Shown here piece after piece: positions 18,995-26,875 of a stretch of 37,867 nucleotides of DNA. This stretch comes from a virus (lineage: Duplodnaviria > Caudoviricetes), in the IMG/VR virus record IMGVR_UViG_3300037780_000019, positions 1 through 37,867 of that record. One strand, written 5' to 3'. The notes beneath the pieces are model-generated. The model was not told the origin of the DNA, did not search any database, and saw nothing but the letters and a program-made list of their open reading frames with translations. The translations under genes were made by a program, and so were the position numbers. Numbering within the stretch: position 1 is the first letter of the stretch; each line of letters starts with the position of its first letter.

Positions 18995-19545
18995 CCCACC
19001 TCTCCCCGCGCCGTCATGTCCGCCCGGTTCAGCATGCCCCGGATGGTCCCGCCACCAGCTGCTGCGCGGCCAAGCGCATCGTGCAGGGCCTTGCGTTCGG
19101 GATAGCCGTACTGGCCCATCAGCTCGACGATCTCCGAGACTGACGGACGCCATTTCCCGCCGGGCCGGTGCGGCCACTCGGCGAGCGCCTTCAATGCCAG
19201 GTCACCCGGATATCGCCGCAGACACTCGACGAACGAGCGCAGCGCAAAGCCGGTGTCGTCGACGCTCTCGGCACGGGCCTTGGTCACGGCGAACAGCACA
19301 GCCAACGCCTTGGCGAGCCGGTCGGAGGGTGCCGGTTGCATCAGCGGGTCGACGGCTTTCAGCGCCTCGCGGGCTTCGTCGCGGCTCAGGTCGAGGTCCC
19401 GGTATTCCACGAATTCGTAGGTTGCATCAAACCTCTCCGCCGATGTCAGCGAGGACCTGACGTGTGGCTTCAACGAGGCCACCGCCTGCTGCGTTCGAGC
19501 GGCGGGGCTGAGATTTGTTTCCGTGGTGGTCGTGAGTTCCTGCAT
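18991..19545 (-). CDS. Putative helicase loader (lambda P position)
   Basis: GGAG RBS before ATG 19545; overlaps the 3' end of the initiator gene; C-terminal KWRPSVSEI. Confidence 0.6.
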   Translation of the reverse strand: MQELTTTTETNLSPAARTQQAVASLKPHVRSSLTSAERFDATYEFVEYRDLDLSRDEAREALKAVDPLMQPAPSDRLAKALAVLFAVTKARAESVDDTGFALRSFVECLRRYPGDLALKALAEWPHRPGGKWRPSVSEIVELMGQYGYPERKALHDALGRAAAGGGTIRGMLNRADMTARGEVG

Positions 19546-20374
19546 CGGTTTTGCTCCGGTTGTGGAATTCGATGATGCCGCTTGCGCCGTAGCTGAGCCG
19601 GTCGACGGGCTGTTCGCCTGCCGCCTGCTTGCGACGCTGCACGTCGAGGAACCAGCCGTAGACCTCGGCGGCGGTGATGCCTGCCTTGGACCAGTTTTCG
19701 GCATGGGTGGTGTCGTCAGGGGTCGGCCATGGCCTGCGCTGGATGTCTGCCGCCTCCCTCGCTGCCTCGAAAGCGGCGATCAGGGTGACGGGCTTGGTCG
19801 AGCGGTTGAGGCTCCAGGGGATTTCGAGTGTTTCCGGTTCGGGTGGTTTTTCGACGACCTCGCGCGCAAGAGCAGCGCATCTATTACTATCGGTCTCGGG
19901 TTCGGGTTCGGGCTCGGTTGTATCGGTAGGGGTATCGATAGCCCTATCAGCGGACTTGAGTGTGTCGATTTTCGCGCCGAACCTATCCGACTGTAATTGC
20001 TGGATAATCTGGTCCCGTTCGCTGCATTTCGGCAGGGATAGGGCTATTTTTACAGCCCCTGCAGCGTGCTTCATGTTCGTAATGGGTGAATGAGCCAAAA
20101 AATCAGTGATCAGAACCACCCTCTCCTGCTGGTTCCACCCTATGAGTAGGGCTTTGCATAGTGCTTCGATAGCCCTATCGATACGGTCGAATTCCCATCC
20201 GAGGTCTTCGTAAACATAGCCCTTCGGCAAGCGGAAACATCCGATGGAATTCACATGCGGGCAGGTGTGGAGGTAGAGGTAGAACATCTTGGCGTCGTCG
20301 TTCCCGTCGAGTGACCGGAACTTCTTCGACTGCCACAGGCTGGTGGATACCTTGCCGTACTCTCGGAGGCTCAT
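19427..20374 (-). CDS. Replication initiator protein (lambda O position)
   Basis: N-terminal HTH-like YGKVSTSLWQSKKF...YLYLHTCPH...GCFRLP, an EPEPEP linker and internal iteron-like repeats. Confidence 0.75.
   Translation of the reverse strand: MSLREYGKVSTSLWQSKKFRSLDGNDDAKMFYLYLHTCPHVNSIGCFRLPKGYVYEDLGWEFDRIDRAIEALCKALLIGWNQQERVVLITDFLAHSPITNMKHAAGAVKIALSLPKCSERDQIIQQLQSDRFGAKIDTLKSADRAIDTPTDTTEPEPEPETDSNRCAALAREVVEKPPEPETLEIPWSLNRSTKPVTLIAAFEAAREAADIQRRPWPTPDDTTHAENWSKAGITAAEVYGWFLDVQRRKQAAGEQPVDRLSYGASGIIEFHNRSKTDAGTHDHHGNKSQPRRSNAAGGGLVEATRQVLADIGGEV
19935..20179. repeat. Iteron-like repeats; putative replication origin
   Basis: TCGATAGCCCTATC at 19935-19948 and 20166-20179; inverted GATAGGGCTAT at 20037-20047; locally AT-richer. 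Confidence 0.6.
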
Positions 20375-21111
20375 GCGCCAGCCTCCAGGATAGCCCGCCC
20401 GATCATCTCGGGGATTTGGGGGACGACGGCGTTTCTGATTCCGTCAGTTCTGTCCACCCGATAGGAAAGCCCATCATCCACTCTTCGAAACTCGCGCAAC
20501 GCACGTTCTGGAGTTCGGTTCCACGGAACGGATTGGAACTCCCGCCCCATTCCGAAAGCACCCCCGCAGAGTGATTCTTCCCGTGGTTGCTGACTCCGCT
20601 CGGGGTGGGCCACAATCCAGACACGTTCTCGACGATGGGGAGCGCCCACGGCTGCCGCCGGTATGTTCTCCCACTCCGCATCATACCCGAGGCGGGCCAG
20701 GTCTCCGAGAACTCGGCCAAACCATGCCCCTCGTTTTTCGCTTGGGCCAGCAAGCAGGTTTGCGACGTTCTCCAGGATGATGAACCGGGGTCGAAGGTCG
20801 CCAGCAAGTCGCACGATCTCGGACCAGAGGCCGGACCTTTCACCGTCAATCCCGGCTCGCTTTCCGGCAACGCTGAGGTCTTGGCAGGGGAAACCTCCGG
20901 TGATGACATCAACGGCAATTCCATCGGCAGCAAGCCGCTCTCCGGTGAGGGTTCGGACATCTTCATAGATCGGCACCTCCGGCCAGTGTTTGCGCAGGAC
21001 ACGCTGTGCGTATGGATCGATCTCACAGAACGCGACGGTCTCGAATCCTCCAGTCCGTTCAAGGCCGAGGGAGAAGCCGCCAATCCCGCTGAACAGGTCA
21101 AGGACGCGCAT
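20371..21111 (-). CDS. dcm: C5-cytosine DNA methyltransferase, alpha (large) polypeptide
   Basis: LDLFSGIGG (motif I), GGFPCQ (IV), LENV (VI), HRRERVW (VIII), NAVVPQ (X); TGATG-coupled start at 21111. Confidence 0.9.
   Translation of the reverse strand: MRVLDLFSGIGGFSLGLERTGGFETVAFCEIDPYAQRVLRKHWPEVPIYEDVRTLTGERLAADGIAVDVITGGFPCQDLSVAGKRAGIDGERSGLWSEIVRLAGDLRPRFIILENVANLLAGPSEKRGAWFGRVLGDLARLGYDAEWENIPAAAVGAPHRRERVWIVAHPERSQQPREESLCGGAFGMGREFQSVPWNRTPERALREFRRVDDGLSYRVDRTDGIRNAVVPQIPEMIGRAILEAGA
20403..20966 (-). CDS. Out-of-frame nested beta polypeptide of the methyltransferase, 187 aa
   Basis: GGAGGT-8 nt-ATG at 20966 inside dcm; contains TWPASGMM, LWPTP and EWMMGFPIGWT (motif IX-like), which the alpha frame lacks. 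Confidence 0.75.
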   Translation of the reverse strand: MKMSEPSPESGLLPMELPLMSSPEVSPAKTSALPESEPGLTVKGPASGPRSCDLLATFDPGSSSWRTSQTCLLAQAKNEGHGLAEFSETWPASGMMRSGRTYRRQPWALPIVENVSGLWPTPSGVSNHGKNHSAGVLSEWGGSSNPFRGTELQNVRCASFEEWMMGFPIGWTELTESETPSSPKSPR

Positions 21112-21308
21112 CACCCAACAACCCTCCCCGTCCTGATCGCCCACCGCGCCTTCACCATGGCTCTGTGTTCGCGGCACAGCCGGTCCTGCCACTTCTTGCG
21201 CGGGGCGTGCTCACGGATGGCCTTGGCGAGAGAAACGGCAGTGCTGTAGAAGCGGACCAGATGCTCGAAATAGGCGCGGATCGCGCGGATGCGGTTGCAG
21301 ACTTTCAT
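21111..21308 (-). CDS. Hypothetical basic protein
   Basis: ATGA-coupled to rusA; stop overlaps the dcm start. Confidence 0.6.
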   Translation of the reverse strand: MKVCNRIRAIRAYFEHLVRFYSTAVSLAKAIREHAPRKKWQDRLCREHRAMVKARWAIRTGRVVG

Positions 21309-21754
21309 CCCGTCACCCCGCGCCATTCCGTGACCTCGATTTCGAGCCGCGGGTTCTCGCTGTAGCGCTTGTGTGCGATCAGGTCGGCAACAAGGCTGTC
21401 GTCATCGAGAACGACGCCGTTGCAGGCATCCATGGCGGCTTTCACGTAGTTGTCGATATCCGGGCGCTTGGCCGGGACGATCTCGCCATTGACGGCCTGC
21501 AGGCGCTTGGCTTTCGAGTAGCTTTTCGGGATCGGGACATAGGCGCAGACCGCGAAGACGACCGGCCCGGCGATGGGCGTGAGGCCGAGCATTTCGACCT
21601 TGGCCCGTGTCTTGACGGCGTCCTCGTAGCTGCGGGTCTTCTTCGGCGTGAATGCGATAGGCTTGCCGTTCGCGGTCTTGCCGATCCGGGGGCGACCTTT
21701 GGCGACGGGAGCGCCTTCAATGGTAAAGCGGACGGAGCGCACGGTGTTGGTCAT
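21305..21754 (-). CDS. rusA: RusA-family Holliday junction resolvase
   Basis: GAPVAKGRPR, RPDIDNYVKAAMDACNGVVLDDDS and KRYSENPR motifs. Confidence 0.92.
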   Translation of the reverse strand: MTNTVRSVRFTIEGAPVAKGRPRIGKTANGKPIAFTPKKTRSYEDAVKTRAKVEMLGLTPIAGPVVFAVCAYVPIPKSYSKAKRLQAVNGEIVPAKRPDIDNYVKAAMDACNGVVLDDDSLVADLIAHKRYSENPRLEIEVTEWRGVTG

Positions 21755-22170
21755 GCTTCACCGCACCCCCGGCCCTGCTGGCCGGTATTGTCGGGATCAA
21801 CGAACTGCCGCCACGGAATCCAGCCCTGCGGACAGGCGAAACCCCAGTCGCGAATGACGGGACCGGTCAGGAAAAGCGTCCATGCTTCCTGCTGGTCGCG
21901 GACCTCAAGGCGGTGCAGCGCTGTTGCCCGGCGCAGGATGATGCTGCCGGCCCTCCGCGCCTTCCGACCAGTCGGGAGCACTTCCAGATAGCCGCCCTTG
22001 AGGATGATGGTCAGATTCCACCACGGATGGTCATGCAGCGCCCGGTCATCATCGCTATGCCGGATGTTGTGCAGGTAGATGTTAAAGAAGCGGTTGCGCG
22101 GGATCACCCACCAGCGCCGCAGGTAATCGTTGCCGATCACGAAATCAGGTGGGCGGCGAAAAAACATCAC
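21751..22170 (-). CDS. Cupin-fold phage protein
   Basis: LHDHPW...ILKGGYLE...LHRL...WTLFLTGP metal-binding cupin pattern. Confidence 0.75.
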   Translation of the reverse strand: MMFFRRPPDFVIGNDYLRRWWVIPRNRFFNIYLHNIRHSDDDRALHDHPWWNLTIILKGGYLEVLPTGRKARRAGSIILRRATALHRLEVRDQQEAWTLFLTGPVIRDWGFACPQGWIPWRQFVDPDNTGQQGRGCGEA

Positions 22171-22442
22171 GCCACCTCGTCAAAAAGTTCGCCCTGCGCT
22201 TCCATGCCGAGCGCACGCTTGTAGAGTTCCAGCAAATGCTCCTGCTCCTGTCGGTCTTCCTTGCCGAGTTTCCGGAGTTTCAGTACCTGGCGCATGATCT
22301 TCACGTCGAAGCCGGTTGCCTTGGCTTCCGCGAACACTTCCTTGAGGTCATCCGCCAGCGCCTTCTTGTCCTCTTCCAGCCGCTCGATGCGGTCGATGAA
22401 GGATTGCAGGCGCTCGGATGCGATGCCGCCAACGTCAGCCAT
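22167..22442 (-). CDS. gapR: GapR-like nucleoid-associated protein (DUF2312)
   Basis: RLQSFIDRIERLEEDKKALADDLKEVFAEAKATGFDVK...LYKRALGM; AAGGAG RBS. Confidence 0.92.
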   Translation of the reverse strand: MADVGGIASERLQSFIDRIERLEEDKKALADDLKEVFAEAKATGFDVKIMRQVLKLRKLGKEDRQEQEHLLELYKRALGMEAQGELFDEVA

Positions 22443-22613
22443 GATCAGTCTCCTTGATTGCAGGGGAAAGGTGCGGGTGCGCCCCGATTAGCCGTTGTCG
22501 GTCGCCGGAACATTGCACTGCTCCGGTGGGCTGCACGGCCTTGACGCTTTCGCGCATCGGGGCTGACCGGATACCCGCTGATCCGGTGAAAAGGCGCAGC
22601 CCAATGAAACTGG

Positions 22614-22649
22614 AAAAAATGCCCGGCGCTGATTGCCGCAGCGCCGGGC
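22614..22649 (-). terminator. Intrinsic terminator in the leftward early operon
   Basis: 11-bp stem GCCCGGCGCTG/CAGCGCCGGGC followed by ATTTTTT on the minus strand. Confidence 0.7.
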
Positions 22650-22883
22650 GAGTGGCTGCCACAGGGCGGGCAGCTGGGAGGAAGGGTGTCATGCCAAATA
22701 GTACTGAACTACTTTTGGTGCATATTTTAATAGTCTGGCTTCCGGTTTCTTTCCCTTTATTTCGTAACATCTTGTGCTTTTCTCCGGTTGCCCGCTATAG
22801 GTATTGGTCAATTAATCTTTTTTATTGAATATCGTTTCGCACTAGAAACAAACTGCTTGCGGGGTTGCCGCCCCGCCCGCAAT

Positions 22884-23102
22884 TCAGGCCGCTTCCGAGG
22901 TTGCCGCCCCGGTCGAGGTCTCGAAAAAGTCAGCCGGGCCAACCGCGCCTTTGGTTGCGCGGACAATTCTCGGCATGATCGCCGCACGAGGGATGCGAAG
23001 TCCCTCTGCGTACTTGCGAACAGCTTCGCCCGTGACAGAGATGCGCTGCCCGAAGGCGGCGTAGGTGATCTGGTTGTCCGAAAGGTATGCCTTGAGCTTC
23101 AT
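22884..23102 (-). CDS. cro: Cro-like HTH repressor
   Basis: MKLKAYL...AAFGQRISVTGEAVRKYAEGLRIP...TKGAVGPADF; divergent from cI. Confidence 0.85.
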   Translation of the reverse strand: MKLKAYLSDNQITYAAFGQRISVTGEAVRKYAEGLRIPRAAIMPRIVRATKGAVGPADFFETSTGAATSEAA

Positions 23103-23112
23103 GCTCACGGGT

Positions 23113-23193
23113 ATGAACCATTATGGTGTTTTCTGTCAATGGGAAAATGAACCGTATTGGTTCTATCCGAAATCACACCATTTCGGAGATACT
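23113..23193. promoter_or_regulatory. Operator/promoter region between cro and cI
   Basis: 17-bp quasi-palindromic operators ATGAACCATTATGGTGT (23113-23129) and ATGAACCGTATTGGTTC (23147-23163); minus-strand TTGACA at 23134-23139; possible -10 GATACT 7 nt before the cI ATG. Confidence 0.75.
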
Positions 23194-23200
23194 GCCGCCC

Positions 23201-23887
23201 ATGGCAAAAACACCAAATCGGCTCAGAGAATTACGTGAGGCCCGCGGATACACGCAGGCTGATCTAGGCGAGTTATGCAACACCAGCAGTCAACAGATCG
23301 GACGACTGGAAAAGGGTGAGCGCCGCCTGACGGATGACTGGATGGTCCGCATCGGCAAGGCGCTGAACGTTCCACCCTACTCATTGATGGACGGAGCACC
23401 CACGCACCAGCCAAGCGGCGCGGTTCCCGTGATAGGAGAGGTTGCAGCAGGACTTTTTCGCGAATCCATTGAATGGCCCGAAGAACGGCGCTTTGATGTC
23501 ACAATGCCAACAGATGAGAGATATATGGGATTGAAGACATATGGAGCGCGGGTATCCGGCCCGTCGATGAACGAAATTTACCCTGACGGGTCGATTGTGC
23601 ATTTCGTTTATCTATATGATCTGGACCGGAACCCTATGCACGGCGAGCGGGTCATTGTCCGCCGACGTAATCATCATGACGGATGGGAATTCACCATCAA
23701 GGAGTTGCGGATCGATGACGAGGGCGGTTGCTGGCTGTGGCCCCGGTCTCACGACCCGAAATACCAGGAGCCGTGGAAGCTGGAGTTTTCGGAGGACGAC
23801 GACGCAGCCGGCGTCCCGGATCTCCAGATCGTCGCGCTCGTTATCGGCAGCTACCGGCCGGAAGTCACATCGGCGGCAGTCCGGTAG
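23201..23887 (+). CDS. cI: CI-like repressor, XRE HTH plus S24 autopeptidase
   Basis: NRLRELREARGYTQADLG HTH, VAAG cleavage site, GPSMN catalytic Ser, TIK catalytic Lys. Confidence 0.92.
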   Translation: MAKTPNRLRELREARGYTQADLGELCNTSSQQIGRLEKGERRLTDDWMVRIGKALNVPPYSLMDGAPTHQPSGAVPVIGEVAAGLFRESIEWPEERRFDVTMPTDERYMGLKTYGARVSGPSMNEIYPDGSIVHFVYLYDLDRNPMHGERVIVRRRNHHDGWEFTIKELRIDDEGGCWLWPRSHDPKYQEPWKLEFSEDDDAAGVPDLQIVALVIGSYRPEVTSAAVR

Positions 23888-24164
23888 CGCCCTTCAAGTA
23901 ATGCTTCGCCACCTTAGGGCGCCGCATGGCCCTCCAAAGCGCGCCCTTACCAAGAAACCGGCCCTGTATCCTGACAATAATCTCAACGGACTCATTCAGG
24001 CGTTGTTCGTCTTCCGGGGAAAGCCGGAAGTTCTGCGCCCTCGCTTGAGATGACAAGATCACCGCGTTGCCGTGAGCGGACTGCATCATTTCGTCGAGAT
24101 CATCCATGTCGGCGACGCCAACCAACAGCGCGATAGCATCCTGTTGCCCCCCTGATAGCGGCAT
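23865..24164 (-). CDS. Hypothetical protein convergent on cI
   Basis: Purine-rich RBS upstream; 99 aa; 3' end overlaps the 3' end of cI. Confidence 0.55.
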   Translation of the reverse strand: MPLSGGQQDAIALLVGVADMDDLDEMMQSAHGNAVILSSQARAQNFRLSPEDEQRLNESVEIIVRIQGRFLGKGALWRAMRRPKVAKHYLKGATGLPPM

Positions 24165-24189
24165 ATCCCTCTCCCCCTCCCCTCAAAAT

Positions 24190-24283
24190 TGAACCAATCG
24201 AAGTGTGCATGAACCAACCCGGTCATGTGAAACACCATTTTGGTTCATTTTCCCATTGACGCAATTACACCAATATGGTTCAT
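24190..24283 (+). promoter_or_regulatory. Second operator/promoter region (rightward early promoter)
   Basis: Operators ACACCATTTTGGTTCAT (24232-24248) and ACACCAATATGGTTCAT (24267-24283) flank TTGACG (24256-24261); partial TGAACCA sites lie upstream. Confidence 0.75.
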
Positions 24284-24419
24284 TGGCTCATCGGCATCGG
24301 GGACGCGCCCCGATAACCAGAGAAGGCCCCGGCGGCGGAATAGATCGGCATCCCCCATCAACAGCCGATCCCTCCTGACCCTCAACCGACCGCCGCCGGG
24401 GCCGAGGAGATTTAGAGCG

Positions 24420-24737
24420 ATGAGCACCTACGACACGAGCTACGAACACATGATCGAGGGCGGCCATGCAGCCGACTATGACGTCCGCGTTCACTACGAC
24501 ATCGAGGACGGCGCGCCGTGGATCGAAAAGGTCGAGGTCGAGGTTCTCCGCATCGCGACCGATAGCAGCGTCCGACATGTACGCGTCTACGTCCCGGCCC
24601 CCGAATGGCTGGCAACGGCTGTCGAGGACGGTCTGGCTGATGACGACATCGAGCGGATGATCGAGAGCGCGGGAATTGACCCGCTGGTCGCCGCCGGTCG
24701 CCGCATGAACGCCGTCGCCCGGAGTGCTGCAGAATGA
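24420..24737 (+). CDS. Hypothetical acidic early protein
   Basis: GAGGAG RBS; first gene of the rightward operon. Confidence 0.7.
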   Translation: MSTYDTSYEHMIEGGHAADYDVRVHYDIEDGAPWIEKVEVEVLRIATDSSVRHVRVYVPAPEWLATAVEDGLADDDIERMIESAGIDPLVAAGRRMNAVARSAAE

Positions 24738-24949
24738 GCCGCGACATCACCATGACATCAACAGTCCGGTTCGAGGACGGCCAGCGCCTCCGGTTCGAGT
24801 TCGACGGCCCGGACAGCAAGGTTTTCGACGAGAAGGACCGGCCTATCAACGCGGCGACCCTGCCGGAATACAAGATGGTCCGCTTCGCCGAGGAGCGCGG
24901 ATATTACATGCGTTACCGCGAGGCTGCGCAGCGGGGGAGGATCGTTTGA
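24734..24949 (+). CDS. Hypothetical protein
   Basis: ATGA-coupled with a GGAG RBS. Confidence 0.65.
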   Translation: MSRDITMTSTVRFEDGQRLRFEFDGPDSKVFDEKDRPINAATLPEYKMVRFAEERGYYMRYREAAQRGRIV

Positions 24950-25080
24950 TGCGTAACCACCGCGAGCGCCTGACCTTTGCTGACTTCGCGGCGTGGTGCT
25001 TCGGCGGTCTGGCTGCGGTCTGCGCATTCGTCGTGATCGTGCACCAGGTATTGCTCGCCATCGTGAGGGCCGCAACATGA
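24949..25080 (+). CDS. Small membrane protein
   Basis: GGAGG RBS, TGATG coupling, one hydrophobic helix. Confidence 0.55.
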   Translation: MRNHRERLTFADFAAWCFGGLAAVCAFVVIVHQVLLAIVRAAT

Positions 25081-25973
25081 TCACCGAACCCGGCGTCTTC
25101 GACATCAGCGCGGAGGAATACCACGCGGACCCCTGCCCGGAGCCTTCGTTGTCTTCGTCCGGCGCCCGGCAGATTCTCCGCGAATGCCCGGCCCGCTTCT
25201 GGCATGACCGCAACAATCCGACCGAGAGCAGCGCCGCACAGGACATCGGCTCGCTCGCTCATTCGGTGATGCTGGAAGGCGAAGTCTGGCGCGACCGCTT
25301 CGAGGTGCTGCCCGAGGATTTCAATGGCCGCAAGAAGGGCGGCAAGGCGCTGAAAGCCAGCATAGAGGACGCGGGCAAGACGGCCATCAGGCACGAAGAC
25401 TGGCAGATGGTCTCCGCGATGGTCGAGGCGCTCCGCGCGCACGAGCTGGCGAACGCGGTTTTCATGAACGGCAAGCCCGAGCAGGCGATGTGCTGGAAAG
25501 ACCCGCGCTTCGGTATCTGGCGGCGGTCCCTGCTCGACTGGCTGCCGAACCCCGGCGGGCGCATCTTCGCGGACTACAAGACCTGCGTGTCGGCGCATCC
25601 CGCCGATCTGCGCAAGGCGATGTTCAACTACGGATACCACCAGCAGGCCGCATTCTATCTGGAAGGCATCAAGGCCCTGCGGCTGGCAACACGTCCGCGC
25701 TTCATCTTCGTGTTCCAGGAGAAGAAGCCGCCCTATCCCGTCACCATCGTGCAGCCGGACGACAACGCTCTGATGTGGGCGCAGATGCTCAACGACAAGG
25801 CCGCGTCGGTGTTCGCCGAATGCCTCGCTGCCGATCACTGGCCGGGTTACAGCGACGATATCGAGATGCTCGCCCTGCCCGGCTTTGCAACCAACGAATA
25901 CGAGCGGCTGGACGGCCTTGGTGCCTTCGATATCGCCGCCCGGTTCCAATCACCAGAGGAGAATGCAGCATGA
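25077..25973 (+). CDS. PD-(D/E)XK exonuclease, RecE C-terminal/DUF3799-like
   Basis: ISAEEYHAD...LSSSG...LLDWL...ADYKT...YGYHQQAAFY motifs. Confidence 0.85.
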   Translation: MITEPGVFDISAEEYHADPCPEPSLSSSGARQILRECPARFWHDRNNPTESSAAQDIGSLAHSVMLEGEVWRDRFEVLPEDFNGRKKGGKALKASIEDAGKTAIRHEDWQMVSAMVEALRAHELANAVFMNGKPEQAMCWKDPRFGIWRRSLLDWLPNPGGRIFADYKTCVSAHPADLRKAMFNYGYHQQAAFYLEGIKALRLATRPRFIFVFQEKKPPYPVTIVQPDDNALMWAQMLNDKAASVFAECLAADHWPGYSDDIEMLALPGFATNEYERLDGLGAFDIAARFQSPEENAA

Positions 25974-26875
25974 ACCAGATTACCACCAGCGACCGCAAGG
26001 CGGCTTCCAAGCCTGAACTGAAACAGGGTGGAGCGCTCGCCGCCATCGTCCCGCAGGACGTGGAGCAGACTTTCCGCATGGCTGAAATGATCCTCCGCGC
26101 CGGATGGGCGCCGAAGGGCATGGAGCGACCCGAGGCTATCACCGCCGCCATCTTCAAGGGTCTGGAGGTCGGCATGAAGCCGCTGCAGGCCGTCCAGTCC
26201 ATCGCATTCATCAATGGCCGTCCGACGATCTGGGGCGACGCCGCCATCGGTCTCGTTGCCGGATCGGATCTGCTCGTCGGCAAGAAAGAATGGATCGAGG
26301 GCGAGGGCGACAAGATGGTCGCCAAGTGCGAACTGCGCCGCAAGGGATGGGATGACCCGATTACCGGCGAATTCAGCATGGAAGATGCCCGCACCGCCGG
26401 ACTGCTCGGCAAGCAGGGTCCATGGAAGCAGTACCCGAAGCGCATGCTCCAGCTTCGCGCCCGCGCCTTCGCGCTCCGTGACGGCTTCGCTGACGTGCTG
26501 ACCGGCCTGCAGGTTCGCGAGGAAGTGCGCGACTACGAATCCGCCGCCCGCGAGGAAGCCAACCGCGAGCAGCAGGTAAGCAAGAGCGACATTCTCGCGC
26601 AGGCAGGTTTCGAGACCGGCAGCGACCCCATCGACGTGACCGACGACGCGCCGGAAGGGCCTGGCGCTCTCGAACTCGCCGCCGACATGGATCAGCGCAT
26701 TGCGGCCGCAACCACGGACACCATCGAGACCATTTCCGACGAGGTCACGGCTGCCGCCAACCGGCTACGCGAGGAGGGCTTCGGCGAGCAGGCCAACATG
26801 CTGGAAGGCCGGTACGAAATGCGACGGCAGGCCCTGACCGGCGAGGAAGACGACATGCCGGTGCTGTCGCTGTGA
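25970..26875 (+). CDS. RecT/Redbeta-like single-strand annealing protein
   Basis: GLEVGMKPLQAVQSIAFINGRPTIWGD...WKQYPKRMLQLRARAFALRD; coupled to the exonuclease. Confidence 0.85.
   Translation: MNQITTSDRKAASKPELKQGGALAAIVPQDVEQTFRMAEMILRAGWAPKGMERPEAITAAIFKGLEVGMKPLQAVQSIAFINGRPTIWGDAAIGLVAGSDLLVGKKEWIEGEGDKMVAKCELRRKGWDDPITGEFSMEDARTAGLLGKQGPWKQYPKRMLQLRARAFALRDGFADVLTGLQVREEVRDYESAAREEANREQQVSKSDILAQAGFETGSDPIDVTDDAPEGPGALELAADMDQRIAAATTDTIETISDEVTAAANRLREEGFGEQANMLEGRYEMRRQALTGEEDDMPVLSL

Noticed and set aside
22435-22770. 111-aa ORF as a cII-like gene
   Set aside because: It runs through two hairpins and a terminator and has no recognisable HTH, so it is treated as probably non-coding.
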